The position numbers were made by a program, and so were the translations under genes. A DNA stretch of 32,000 nucleotides, taken from Synechocystis sp. PCC 6803 substr. PCC-P (GTDB lineage: Bacteria; Cyanobacteriota; Cyanobacteriia; Cyanobacteriales; Microcystaceae). Positions 24,693 through 32,000 of the stretch are shown here, piece by piece. The DNA lies in assembly GCF_000284455.1 (NCBI RefSeq), contig NC_017039.1, positions 2,220,001 to 2,252,000 on the forward strand. The letters run 5' to 3'. The notes below the pieces were generated by a model. That model had not been told where the DNA came from. It did no database searches and was given only the letters and a program-made list of their open reading frames with translations. How positions within the stretch are numbered: the stretch's first letter is position 1; each line of letters opens with the position of its first letter.

Positions 24693-26309
24693 ATGATTGA
24701 CTTCAAACGTTTGTTAGGAATTGCCCTTACTTCTAGCCTATTAGTTTTAGCTTCACCAAGCGTAATCAAAGGGGCCGAAACCATTACTTTTTCCATTATG
24801 CCCCTGGGACAGTTTGACATTTCTGTGAAAAGTCTGACAGATTTTGCTGAAACTGGTACCATCGACCCGGATTTTAAATTTTATACTCAGCATCTCAAGC
24901 CAGAAGAACTAGAGAAACTAAGGGGCTTGCTGAACCATTCTTTTAAGTTTAACTCCGTAGAAGCTTTTCGATTTTTTAATACAACTTTTGGCAAAGAAAT
25001 TGCCCAACAATTGAGCTACATTATTGCGGCCCCGACCGATCAAAGCCAACCTTTTTTAGAAGGGGCGATTGTGACAGCGGCCCAAAACCCTGACGGCTTT
25101 AAAATTATCGATGTTATTAATGCCTATGGTGGCTCAGATTTAGTTTTAAACTTAGATACTTTTAAAAATACCATTGACCAAGCGGATACCCTATATCAAG
25201 CCACCGATCGAATTTTTACCTGGTTGGGTAAGCAGGAAATTCCATCTAACCCCGTGCCCCCTAACCTAAAACCCTTGGCTTTGGCTGAACCTGGACCACA
25301 AAAATGGACAACGCAAAATCTCACCATTCCCCGCCCCAATGGGCAACCAGTCAATGTTTTTGTTTATCTGCCCCAAGGCAATAGTTCGCCAGCCCCTCTA
25401 GTAGTGATTGCCCCTGGCTTAAACTCTAATTTTCAGGCCTTCACCTACATTGCCGATCATTTGGCGTCCTATGGCTTTACGATCGCCGGCATTGATTTTC
25501 CCGAAAGTGATGCGGCTCGGATGCAGGATTCTCTCCAGGGCTTAGATGCGTTTCCCGATCCCAATGCCTGGCTAGAACAACCCAAGGATGTCACCTTAGT
25601 GCTCGATACCCTAGCCCAAAAAGCAGCCACAGATCCAGCTTGGCAGGGCAAATTTGACATCAATAATGTGGGAATCTTGGGCCACTCCCTCGGTGGCTAC
25701 ACGGCGATCGCCAGTGGAGGAGCAACCCTGGAATGGCCGGAGTTACTGCAACAGTGCGAACAACTAAATAAACCCAATCAAATTAATCTCAACCCGGCCC
25801 TACTCTGGCAATGTCAGGGGGTTGGCAGTGCCCCGCCTGCGTCTAACCTCAGGGAGTCCCGGATTAAAGCGGTGCTGGCCATCAATCCAGTTACTAACCC
25901 CATTTTTGGCCCCGATGGCATGAAGAACCTAGCTGTACCCACCCTGATTGTGGCGGGTAGTAAAGACATTTTTGCTCCACCGGTACCGGAACAAATCATT
26001 CCTTTTTCCCTAATTGAAGGGGTGAATAAGTATCTGCTTCTAGTGCAAAATGGCACCCATCTATCCTTTCTAGAAGATACGGACAATTTACCGGAAAAAA
26101 TTGTTGGCCCAGGACAAGATTTAGCCTACACCTACATGAAAAGTTTAGGTTTGGCTTTCTTTGATCTTTATCTTCAGCAAGATAGTAGTTTTAAACCATA
26201 TCTAACGGATAGCGTGGTGCAACAAATGAGTCAGGAGCCTTTACCTTTGCAATTGGTGCCCAGCCTCACCCCAGCCCAACTCCAACAGGCTATGGATATT
26301 AATAACTAG
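24693..26309 (+). CDS. Secreted DUF1400-domain alpha/beta hydrolase
   Basis: Signal peptide MIDFKRLLGIALTSSLLVLASPSVIKG. The N-terminal region is DUF1400-like (ETITFSIMPLGQFDISVKSLTDFAETGTI...). It has a GHSLGG nucleophile elbow and a dienelactone/PAF-acetylhydrolase-like C-terminal half. Confidence 0.7.
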   Translation: MIDFKRLLGIALTSSLLVLASPSVIKGAETITFSIMPLGQFDISVKSLTDFAETGTIDPDFKFYTQHLKPEELEKLRGLLNHSFKFNSVEAFRFFNTTFGKEIAQQLSYIIAAPTDQSQPFLEGAIVTAAQNPDGFKIIDVINAYGGSDLVLNLDTFKNTIDQADTLYQATDRIFTWLGKQEIPSNPVPPNLKPLALAEPGPQKWTTQNLTIPRPNGQPVNVFVYLPQGNSSPAPLVVIAPGLNSNFQAFTYIADHLASYGFTIAGIDFPESDAARMQDSLQGLDAFPDPNAWLEQPKDVTLVLDTLAQKAATDPAWQGKFDINNVGILGHSLGGYTAIASGGATLEWPELLQQCEQLNKPNQINLNPALLWQCQGVGSAPPASNLRESRIKAVLAINPVTNPIFGPDGMKNLAVPTLIVAGSKDIFAPPVPEQIIPFSLIEGVNKYLLLVQNGTHLSFLEDTDNLPEKIVGPGQDLAYTYMKSLGLAFFDLYLQQDSSFKPYLTDSVVQQMSQEPLPLQLVPSLTPAQLQQAMDINN

Positions 26310-26403
26310 TACTCGGTCTAGGGCAGGAGTTGCCCCGGATGTTTTTGATGGTATTATCAAGGGCATCTTTTGCAGACTTTATAACTGTAGTGAGGCAATA
26401 ACC

Positions 26404-28002
26404 ATGGCAGAGGCACCGATCGCCCCGGTGGTTCTGGTCATCCTAGATGGCTGGGGCTATCGCCCAGATACCCGCGCAAATGCAATTGCCCAGGCTAACA
26501 CCCCCATTATGGATAGTCTGATCGCCGCTTATCCCAATACCCTGGTGAATACTTCAGGGAAAGATGTGGGTTTGCCCAAAGGTCAAATGGGTAATTCCGA
26601 AGTTGGTCACCTCAATTTGGGTGCTGGGCGAGTGGTACCCCAGGAGTTGGTGCGTATTAGTGATGCCATTGAGGACGGAACTTTTTTTGACAACCAAGCG
26701 CTGATTGAAGTCTGCCAACGGGTGCGCGATCGCCGAGGAAAATTGCATTTAATCGGTCTTTGTTCCGACGGAGGAGTTCATTCCCACATTGACCATCTTT
26801 TGGGACTGATTGACTTGGCTAAACTCCAGGGCATCAGTCAACTTTGCATCCACGCCATTACCGATGGCCGGGATACTCCCACCAATGAAGGGGCCCATTT
26901 TGTCCAACAAATCCAAGCCCATCTAGAGAAAATTGGCCTGGGCCGCATTGTCAGTGTCAGTGGCCGCTACTACGCCTTAGACCGCGATCGCCGTTGGGAC
27001 CGGGTGGAAAAAGCCTATCGAGTCATGACCGAAGACGGGGTAGGGGATGGCCGCAGTGCCGCCCAGGTGATCAAGGATTATTACGCCAGCGACATCACCG
27101 ATGAATTTATTCCCCCTACTAGAATTGGTGCCGGGGCGATCGCCTCTGGGGATGGGGTAATTTTCTACAACTTCCGTCCCGACCGGGCCAGACAACTTTG
27201 CTACGCCTTGGTTAATCCTAGCTTTGATGGTTTTCCCAGGGAAAGGATTCAGCCTCTGGATTTTGTCACCTTTACCCAGTACGATCCTGCCCTGCCAGTG
27301 GTTGTGGCCTTCGAGCCGCAAAACTTGAATAACATTTTGGGGGAAATTATCTCCCGCCAGGGAATGAAGCAATTCCGCACCGCAGAAACGGAAAAATATC
27401 CCCATGTCACCTATTTTTTCAATGGTGGTTTGGAACAACCCTTTGCCGGGGAAGACCGGGAGCTAATTCAAAGCCCCATGGTTTCCACCTATGACAAAGC
27501 GCCCCAGATGTCTGCCAAAGCCGTTACCGATGCGGTTTGTCGGGCCATGGAAAAAGGCATTTATTCCCTGGTGGTGGTCAACTATGCCAACCCCGATATG
27601 GTGGGACACACCGGCAAGCTCAAAGAAGCCATTCAGGCGATCGAAACCGTCGACCTCAATTTGGGCCGCCTTCTGGCCAGCGCCGCTAAAGTGGGGGGCA
27701 CCGTGTTGATCACCGCGGACCATGGCAATGCGGAATATATGAGCGATGAATCCGGCAATCCCTGGACCGCCCACACCACTAATCCGGTGCCGTTTATTTT
27801 GGTGGAAGGGGAAGGACGTAAAATTCCTGGCCACGGCGGTGAAGTCAAGCTACGGGAAGGGGGAAAACTGGCGGACATCGCCCCGACTATTTTGGATATT
27901 TTGCAGTTGCCCGTTCCGGCGGAAATGACTGGTAAAACCTTAATCGATCAGCCGTTGGTAGAAATCAAGGCCAATCGCACTCCGGTCAATCTCTCCCGTT
28001 AG
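26404..28002 (+). CDS. gpmI: 2,3-bisphosphoglycerate-independent phosphoglycerate mutase
   Basis: 532 aa. VILDGWG, GQMGNSEVGHLNLGAGR (catalytic Ser), DGGVHSH, ITDGRDT, NYANPDMVGHTG and ITADHGN. Confidence 0.95.
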   Translation: MAEAPIAPVVLVILDGWGYRPDTRANAIAQANTPIMDSLIAAYPNTLVNTSGKDVGLPKGQMGNSEVGHLNLGAGRVVPQELVRISDAIEDGTFFDNQALIEVCQRVRDRRGKLHLIGLCSDGGVHSHIDHLLGLIDLAKLQGISQLCIHAITDGRDTPTNEGAHFVQQIQAHLEKIGLGRIVSVSGRYYALDRDRRWDRVEKAYRVMTEDGVGDGRSAAQVIKDYYASDITDEFIPPTRIGAGAIASGDGVIFYNFRPDRARQLCYALVNPSFDGFPRERIQPLDFVTFTQYDPALPVVVAFEPQNLNNILGEIISRQGMKQFRTAETEKYPHVTYFFNGGLEQPFAGEDRELIQSPMVSTYDKAPQMSAKAVTDAVCRAMEKGIYSLVVVNYANPDMVGHTGKLKEAIQAIETVDLNLGRLLASAAKVGGTVLITADHGNAEYMSDESGNPWTAHTTNPVPFILVEGEGRKIPGHGGEVKLREGGKLADIAPTILDILQLPVPAEMTGKTLIDQPLVEIKANRTPVNLSR

Positions 28003-28066
28003 GTAGGGGGATGGAAAAGCGCTAAAATAAAAAGCCTGTATGATCGCCGAGGGGCGCTGAATTGTT

Positions 28067-28300
28067 ATGACTTTGATTACTGTTCTACGAATTATTTGGA
28101 TGGCTTCCGCCGCTCTGTTGACCGTACTGGTGTTGCTTCATAGCCCCAAAGGGGATGGCATTGCCGGCATCGGTGGCCAAGCCCAATTATTCACCAGTGC
28201 CAAAAGTGCAGAGAAAACCCTCAACCAAGTGACCTGGACCCTGAGCATTATTTTTATTGGTCTGACTATTATTTTGAGCGCTGGCTGGCTAGCGAATTAG
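28067..28300 (+). CDS. secG: Preprotein translocase subunit SecG
   Basis: 77 aa with two TM segments. The central LLHSPKGDGIAGIGG...LFTS loop is typical of SecG. Confidence 0.8.
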   Translation: MTLITVLRIIWMASAALLTVLVLLHSPKGDGIAGIGGQAQLFTSAKSAEKTLNQVTWTLSIIFIGLTIILSAGWLAN

Positions 28301-28317
28301 AACGTGTTTTAAATGCT

Positions 28318-28400
28318 CCCCTAGCCCCCCAATTCTGGGGGGAATGGTGTTCAAAGTCCCCCAAACTTGCCGGAGCTTTAGTGAGGAGATTTAGGGGGCG
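28318..28400. repeat. C-run/G-run palindromic module in the secG 3' region
   Basis: CCCCCCA-ATTC-TGGGGGG forms a perfect 7-bp hairpin at 28325-28342. An imperfect pairing follows between CCCCCAAA (28358-28365) and TTTAGGGGG (28390-28398). No U-tract follows either structure. Confidence 0.4.
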
Positions 28401-28536
28401 GGTCATAGCCTTTTAGACAAGCTCTTGGGTTAATCACACCGATCATAAAATAAATATAACTTCTAGGCTCCAACATATTCAGATTTCCTTCTCTCCGTCG
28501 TTGGAGAGTCAGGCATTGGCCCTGGGGGGAGAATTT

Positions 28537-29322
28537 GTGAACAAAAAAATCAAGCTCTGGGGTTGGTGCTTAGCCCTATTCTTGTTGACTTTATTACTGG
28601 TTAGTCTGCCGGCGATCGCCAACAATGGGAGCAAGCAAGCCTTACCGGAGTTGCAAATCCATCCCCTCCCCCCCGAGTTGGTAGATTTAGGCATCAGTCT
28701 GGAAAACCGCAGTTTACTCGGAGATGACGGCACTGATTATTTCTCCCAAGTTCAACCTTCTCCCCTAGGTTATTTACTCTGGTCTAAATTTCCCGTCACT
28801 GTGGCGGTGGACTATCCCCCTGGGTTAACCCCCGGCAGTGCTGCTCAAAAACGTTACTACACTTGGCAACAGGCCATTAAAACGGCGATCGCCGACTGGC
28901 AAGAATTTTTTCCCCTCACCATCGTTGAGAATACTACCGAGGCGGATATCACTATTTTTTACCGAGAACCGCCCCTACCCCGCATTGTGGACCCAGAAAC
29001 AGGATTGGTGAGTTTTGGTCGAGCCCGCACCGCCCAGGCTAACTATGAATTTTATTGGACTGACACATCCCCGCCCCAACTGCGTCACCGCATGGCGATC
29101 GCCATCAAACCTGGCCTAGCTCCCCTTTCCCTCCAAGGCACTGCCCGCCACGAACTAGGCCACGCCCTAGGCATTTGGGGCCACAGTGACCACAAAGAAG
29201 ATGCTTTATACCCAGCCCAGACTGCGGATGTACCGGCCATTTCTCCTCGGGATCTAAGAACTTTATATCGGCTTTATCAACAACCCACTCGCCTAGGTTG
29301 GTCGGTACTAGTCAGCAATTAG
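28537..29322 (+). CDS. Secreted metzincin/matrixin-like zinc metalloprotease
   Basis: A GTG at 28537 follows GGGGGAGA and gives the signal peptide (M)NKKIKLWGWCLALFLLTLLLVSLPAIA. The zinc site is HELGHALGIWGHSD. The ORF is open from a TTG at 28501. Confidence 0.7.
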   Translation: MNKKIKLWGWCLALFLLTLLLVSLPAIANNGSKQALPELQIHPLPPELVDLGISLENRSLLGDDGTDYFSQVQPSPLGYLLWSKFPVTVAVDYPPGLTPGSAAQKRYYTWQQAIKTAIADWQEFFPLTIVENTTEADITIFYREPPLPRIVDPETGLVSFGRARTAQANYEFYWTDTSPPQLRHRMAIAIKPGLAPLSLQGTARHELGHALGIWGHSDHKEDALYPAQTADVPAISPRDLRTLYRLYQQPTRLGWSVLVSN

Positions 29323-29421
29323 AAAACTTGAGAAAATTTTGATTTTTTTGTGAACTCATCTGGACAGGATCAACGTTGTCTTAAAACTGCCGTAGTAGAT
29401 GAGAAGGCTCCCGAAAGGAAA

Positions 29422-29455
29422 TCCCCCAAAACCGAACGAGTTGGGGGACTTTTCC
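29422..29455. terminator. Bidirectional intrinsic terminator between convergent genes
   Basis: TCCCCCAA (29422-29429) and TTGGGGGA (29441-29448) form an 8-bp stem with an 11-nt loop. It is followed by CTTTTCC on the plus strand and by TTTCCTTTCGG on the minus strand (complement of 29411-29421). Confidence 0.6.
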
Positions 29456-29482
29456 AAACAAACTGACTTAGTTTGCAAAGAA

Positions 29483-30784
29483 TTACATAGTCAAAGACTG
29501 GGCATTCTCTTCAATAATGACAGCCAAATCCTTCAGGAAAGCGGCGGCATGGGCCCCATAAATTACCCGATGGTCACAGGTTACATTAACCGCCATTTGT
29601 CGTTTGGTACCAATCAAACCTTCCTCATTGGCCACTACTTGGGGACGGGAAGCACCCACCGCTAAAATTCCCCCTTGACCCGGCGGTAGAATGGCATCAA
29701 ATCGGTCTACCCCAAACATACCCAGGTTAGAAATAGTGAAAGTGCCAGTGCTGTATTCTTCAGGCTGTAACTGCTTAGCCCGGGCCCGTTCCACCAATTC
29801 TTTCCATCGGCGGGAGAGGGAGTAGATATCTACTTGGTCTGCATTTTGCAACACCGGAGTAATTAAACCGCCATCGGGCATGGCTACGGCCAGAGCAATG
29901 TTGACATCCTTGTGGTAGATGATGCCTTGGTCAGTGTAGCTGGCGTTGACAATGGGATGTTTTTTCAAGGCCAGAGCCACAGCTTTAGCCAACAGGGCCG
30001 TCATAGTCACCCCTTTGCCTTTGATTTGTTTATAAAGTTGATCCAGTCCATCGGTGGTGATGGTGTAGCCCACTCGGAATGTAGGAGCGGCCATGGCGGC
30101 CACCATATTTTGCACCAAAGCTTTTTGGAAAGTGGTCAGGGGTACTGTCTGGCCGACGGGAACACTGGGGGTAGAGGTTACCCTTGGAGTAGGGGCAGGG
30201 GATGTTTTAGGAGCTGGGGCACTGGGGGCAGCGATGGAAGCAGTGACGGGTTTACCAGCGGCACTTTCAATATCTGCGGCCACAATTCTGCCGTGGGGGC
30301 CAGTGCCAGCAATGGTAGCTAAATCAACTTTTAACTCTTTGGCTAGTTTTTTCGCCCGGGGGGAAGCAATAATTCGCCCACTGCCTTTGCCATTGCCGTT
30401 ACTGCTAGGGGCCGGAGTTGTCTCTATGGCAGTTGCACTGGCGATCGCCACTGGTTCAGGTTGTTGGGGGGCTGGGGTTGCAGTCGGAGCCGCACTAGAA
30501 CCACCACCAGAGCCAGCTTTAGCTTGGGCTTCGGCAATTTCCGCTTCCGTTTCCACCACTAGGCCAAGGGTTGCCCCCACGGGAGCTTCTTCCCCTGCTG
30601 GAACTAGAATGGCGGCTAGGTAACCTTCGTTAAAGGACTCCACGTCCATATCTGCTTTGTCCGATTCCACCACCAAGACAGTTTCACCTTTTTCCACTTT
30701 GTCGCCGGGGGACTTAGTCCAAGAAACAATTTTCCCCTCGGTCATGGTGGAACTCAGGGCGGGCATGAAAATGTCGTAAATCAT
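29483..30784 (-). CDS. pdhC: Dihydrolipoamide acetyltransferase (E2) of the pyruvate dehydrogenase complex
   Basis: 433 aa. It has a lipoyl domain (VVESDKADMDVE), an Ala/Pro-rich linker, an E3/E1-binding domain (IIASPRAKKLAKELKVDL) and a catalytic domain with the DHRVIYGAHAA motif. Confidence 0.9.
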   Translation of the reverse strand: MIYDIFMPALSSTMTEGKIVSWTKSPGDKVEKGETVLVVESDKADMDVESFNEGYLAAILVPAGEEAPVGATLGLVVETEAEIAEAQAKAGSGGGSSAAPTATPAPQQPEPVAIASATAIETTPAPSSNGNGKGSGRIIASPRAKKLAKELKVDLATIAGTGPHGRIVAADIESAAGKPVTASIAAPSAPAPKTSPAPTPRVTSTPSVPVGQTVPLTTFQKALVQNMVAAMAAPTFRVGYTITTDGLDQLYKQIKGKGVTMTALLAKAVALALKKHPIVNASYTDQGIIYHKDVNIALAVAMPDGGLITPVLQNADQVDIYSLSRRWKELVERARAKQLQPEEYSTGTFTISNLGMFGVDRFDAILPPGQGGILAVGASRPQVVANEEGLIGTKRQMAVNVTCDHRVIYGAHAAAFLKDLAVIIEENAQSLTM

Positions 30785-30994
30785 GGTGGTTTTATCTCTT
30801 AAATCTCTTGTAGATCCCTTGGAATACAGCGGATTAGGACTGCGGAAGACCGTTCAAATTCTATCAGATTTCTGCCGGGGGGTTAGTTAAGGAGCACTTT
30901 TCGACCATCTAGGCGATCGCCCAAAGGAAAATGTCAAAATGGGTTAGGATTATCCAGATCCATTGTTGATCAGTCAAGAAAATAGCAAACTGCC

Positions 30995-31633
30995 ATGACC
31001 TCCTATTCCTCTGCAACGGCCCGCGCTGAAATGAGTGAACTGCGGCGCTTGAAAAGTTTACTGCCGCCGGAACTCCAAAGTTGGGTAATGGTGGAAGGCA
31101 GTACCGAAGTTAATCCCCCTCTGATCCGTTCGGAAGAATTGGGGCGGGATGAGATTGAAATTCAGGTGGATTTGGCCAAATGGGAAAACCTGGCCATTGA
31201 CCAGCGGAATTTACTCTTTTGGCACGAAGTGGCCCGCATTCAGAGTGATACCATTCCCCGGGAAGGTTGGGAAATGGCTGCCTTGGCGATCGGTTTGGGG
31301 GGTGCAGTGGGGGAACTGTGGGTGCAAGATGGATTGCTCTTACTTTTAGCCCTGGGATTATGTGGCATTTCTGGCTACCGGCTCTGGCAAAAAAATAACG
31401 GTGAAAAACGGATCAAAGAGGCGATCGAGGCGGATGAAAAGGCCATTACCCTGGCTACCCGTTTCGGCTATACCTTGCCTAATGCCTACAAAAGTCTTGG
31501 CAGTGCTTTCAAAACATTAATCGAACAAACCCCCAACCGTCGTCAACGCAAACAGTATGAAACCCGTCTCCAAGCCCTGCGCCAAAGTGCAGCCAAAATG
31601 AAAGCTAAAACCCAAAAGGCCAAGGCTCTCTAA
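30995..31633 (+). CDS. Conserved cyanobacterial membrane protein (probably DUF3318)
   Basis: 212 aa with two central TM helices (MAALAIGLGGAVGELW, LLLLLALGLCGISGY) and a basic C-terminal coiled region. The family assignment is from memory only. Confidence 0.5.
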   Translation: MTSYSSATARAEMSELRRLKSLLPPELQSWVMVEGSTEVNPPLIRSEELGRDEIEIQVDLAKWENLAIDQRNLLFWHEVARIQSDTIPREGWEMAALAIGLGGAVGELWVQDGLLLLLALGLCGISGYRLWQKNNGEKRIKEAIEADEKAITLATRFGYTLPNAYKSLGSAFKTLIEQTPNRRQRKQYETRLQALRQSAAKMKAKTQKAKAL

Positions 31634-31937
31634 ACATAGTTGATTGTCTAGTTAGTCAAAGTCCCTTGTCTCGGCATGGGCTGAGTTTGCCGCCACTGTG
31701 CATTTTTCCACAACCATCGTCACTACGGCGAATTGCAGGCTGGTAGAACTGGTTTGGTAAATGACCTGTGACTATCCATCAATTGAAGGCATTGGCAAGA
31801 TGGAAACCTTCCAGAAGGAACGGGAATGCTGGTTCGATCGCTAATTCTGGACAGGATAACAAAACCAGTTGGTAATGTGGAAAAAGCTGTCTCCATGTCA
31901 TTTGGACTGATGCCCTGTTTACTTTATTAACCCCACC

Positions 31938-32000
31938 ATGGTTCAACTTTCCCCGACCCCTGCATCAACCCTGACTTACAAAGACGCAAATGGGCAAAAT
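31938..32000 (+). CDS. 5' end of an ORF that runs off the window (product not determinable from 21 codons)
   Basis: The ATG at 31938 is open to the window end (MVQLSPTPASTLTYKDANGQN). If the gene order is as I recall, this would be the copper P-type ATPase ctaA (slr1950). Nothing in these 63 nt supports that call. Confidence 0.3.
   Translation, partial: MVQLSPTPASTLTYKDANGQN

Noticed and set aside
29912-30623. Two plus-strand ORFs (136 and 176 aa) inside the E2 gene
   Set aside because: They lie antisense to the Ala/Pro-rich linker and catalytic domain of a clearly recognisable dihydrolipoamide acetyltransferase. The low-complexity Gly/Ala translation is typical of shadow ORFs.
31761-31844. 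27-codon ORF (MTCDYPSIEGIGKMETFQKERECWFDR) upstream of the final partial gene
   Set aside because: It is tempting as a Cys-containing leader peptide if the next gene is a metal ATPase. However, it has no SD and no conservation evidence, and short ORFs of this size arise by chance.
1-32000. CRISPR arrays, rRNA genes, prophage or defence-island signatures
   Set aside because: I saw no regularly spaced direct repeats and no rRNA-like sequence. I also saw no integrase, restriction, Cas or abortive-infection-like ORFs. The only repeats are HIP1 octamers and the IS copies.

Overview
This window looks like chromosomal DNA from a unicellular cyanobacterium. It is almost certainly of the Synechocystis sp. 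PCC 6803 type. I count 27 perfect HIP1 octamers (GCGATCGC). There is one IS630/Tc1-type element of ISY100 size and two IS5-family elements of ISY523 size. The gene order matches my recollection of the slr1930-slr1950 region, but that is memory, not a search.

Gene content, left to right:
- A minor-pilin pair (pilA7/pilA8-like), an alpha/beta hydrolase and two small minus-strand hypotheticals.
- Two head-to-tail IS5-family copies, one of them crippled, followed by gene remnants.
- rfbC, a 627-aa Gln-rich hypothetical, pdhA (E1 alpha) and an MFS transporter.
- A minus-strand ndk / DUF3750-like / xthA cluster, then tRNA-Ala(GGC).
- A Rieske oxygenase gene split cleanly by an ISY100-type element whose transposase is frameshifted at an A9 run.
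- mtnA, plsC, a TPR-M48 membrane metalloprotease and a secreted collagen-like Gly-rich protein.
- A truncated GHL10-family remnant, a TspO-like protein, and kaiC3 with a 58-codon PCP_red-type mini-ORF just downstream. That mini-ORF is not in the supplied ORF track.
- A GT2 glycosyltransferase, a DUF1400 alpha/beta hydrolase, gpmI, secG, a secreted metzincin-like protease, the PDH E2 gene, a DUF3318-like membrane protein, and the first 21 codons of another gene.

I see no CRISPR array, no rRNA and no obvious multi-gene defence island.

The most unusual material is:
- the mobile-element archaeology (tandem IS pair, IS-split Rieske gene, toxin and ABC remnants);
- the HIP1-free blocks;
- the kaiC3 / mini-ORF pairing;
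- the collagen-like protein next to the M48 protease.

All domain calls come from motif recognition by eye. None has been checked against a database.
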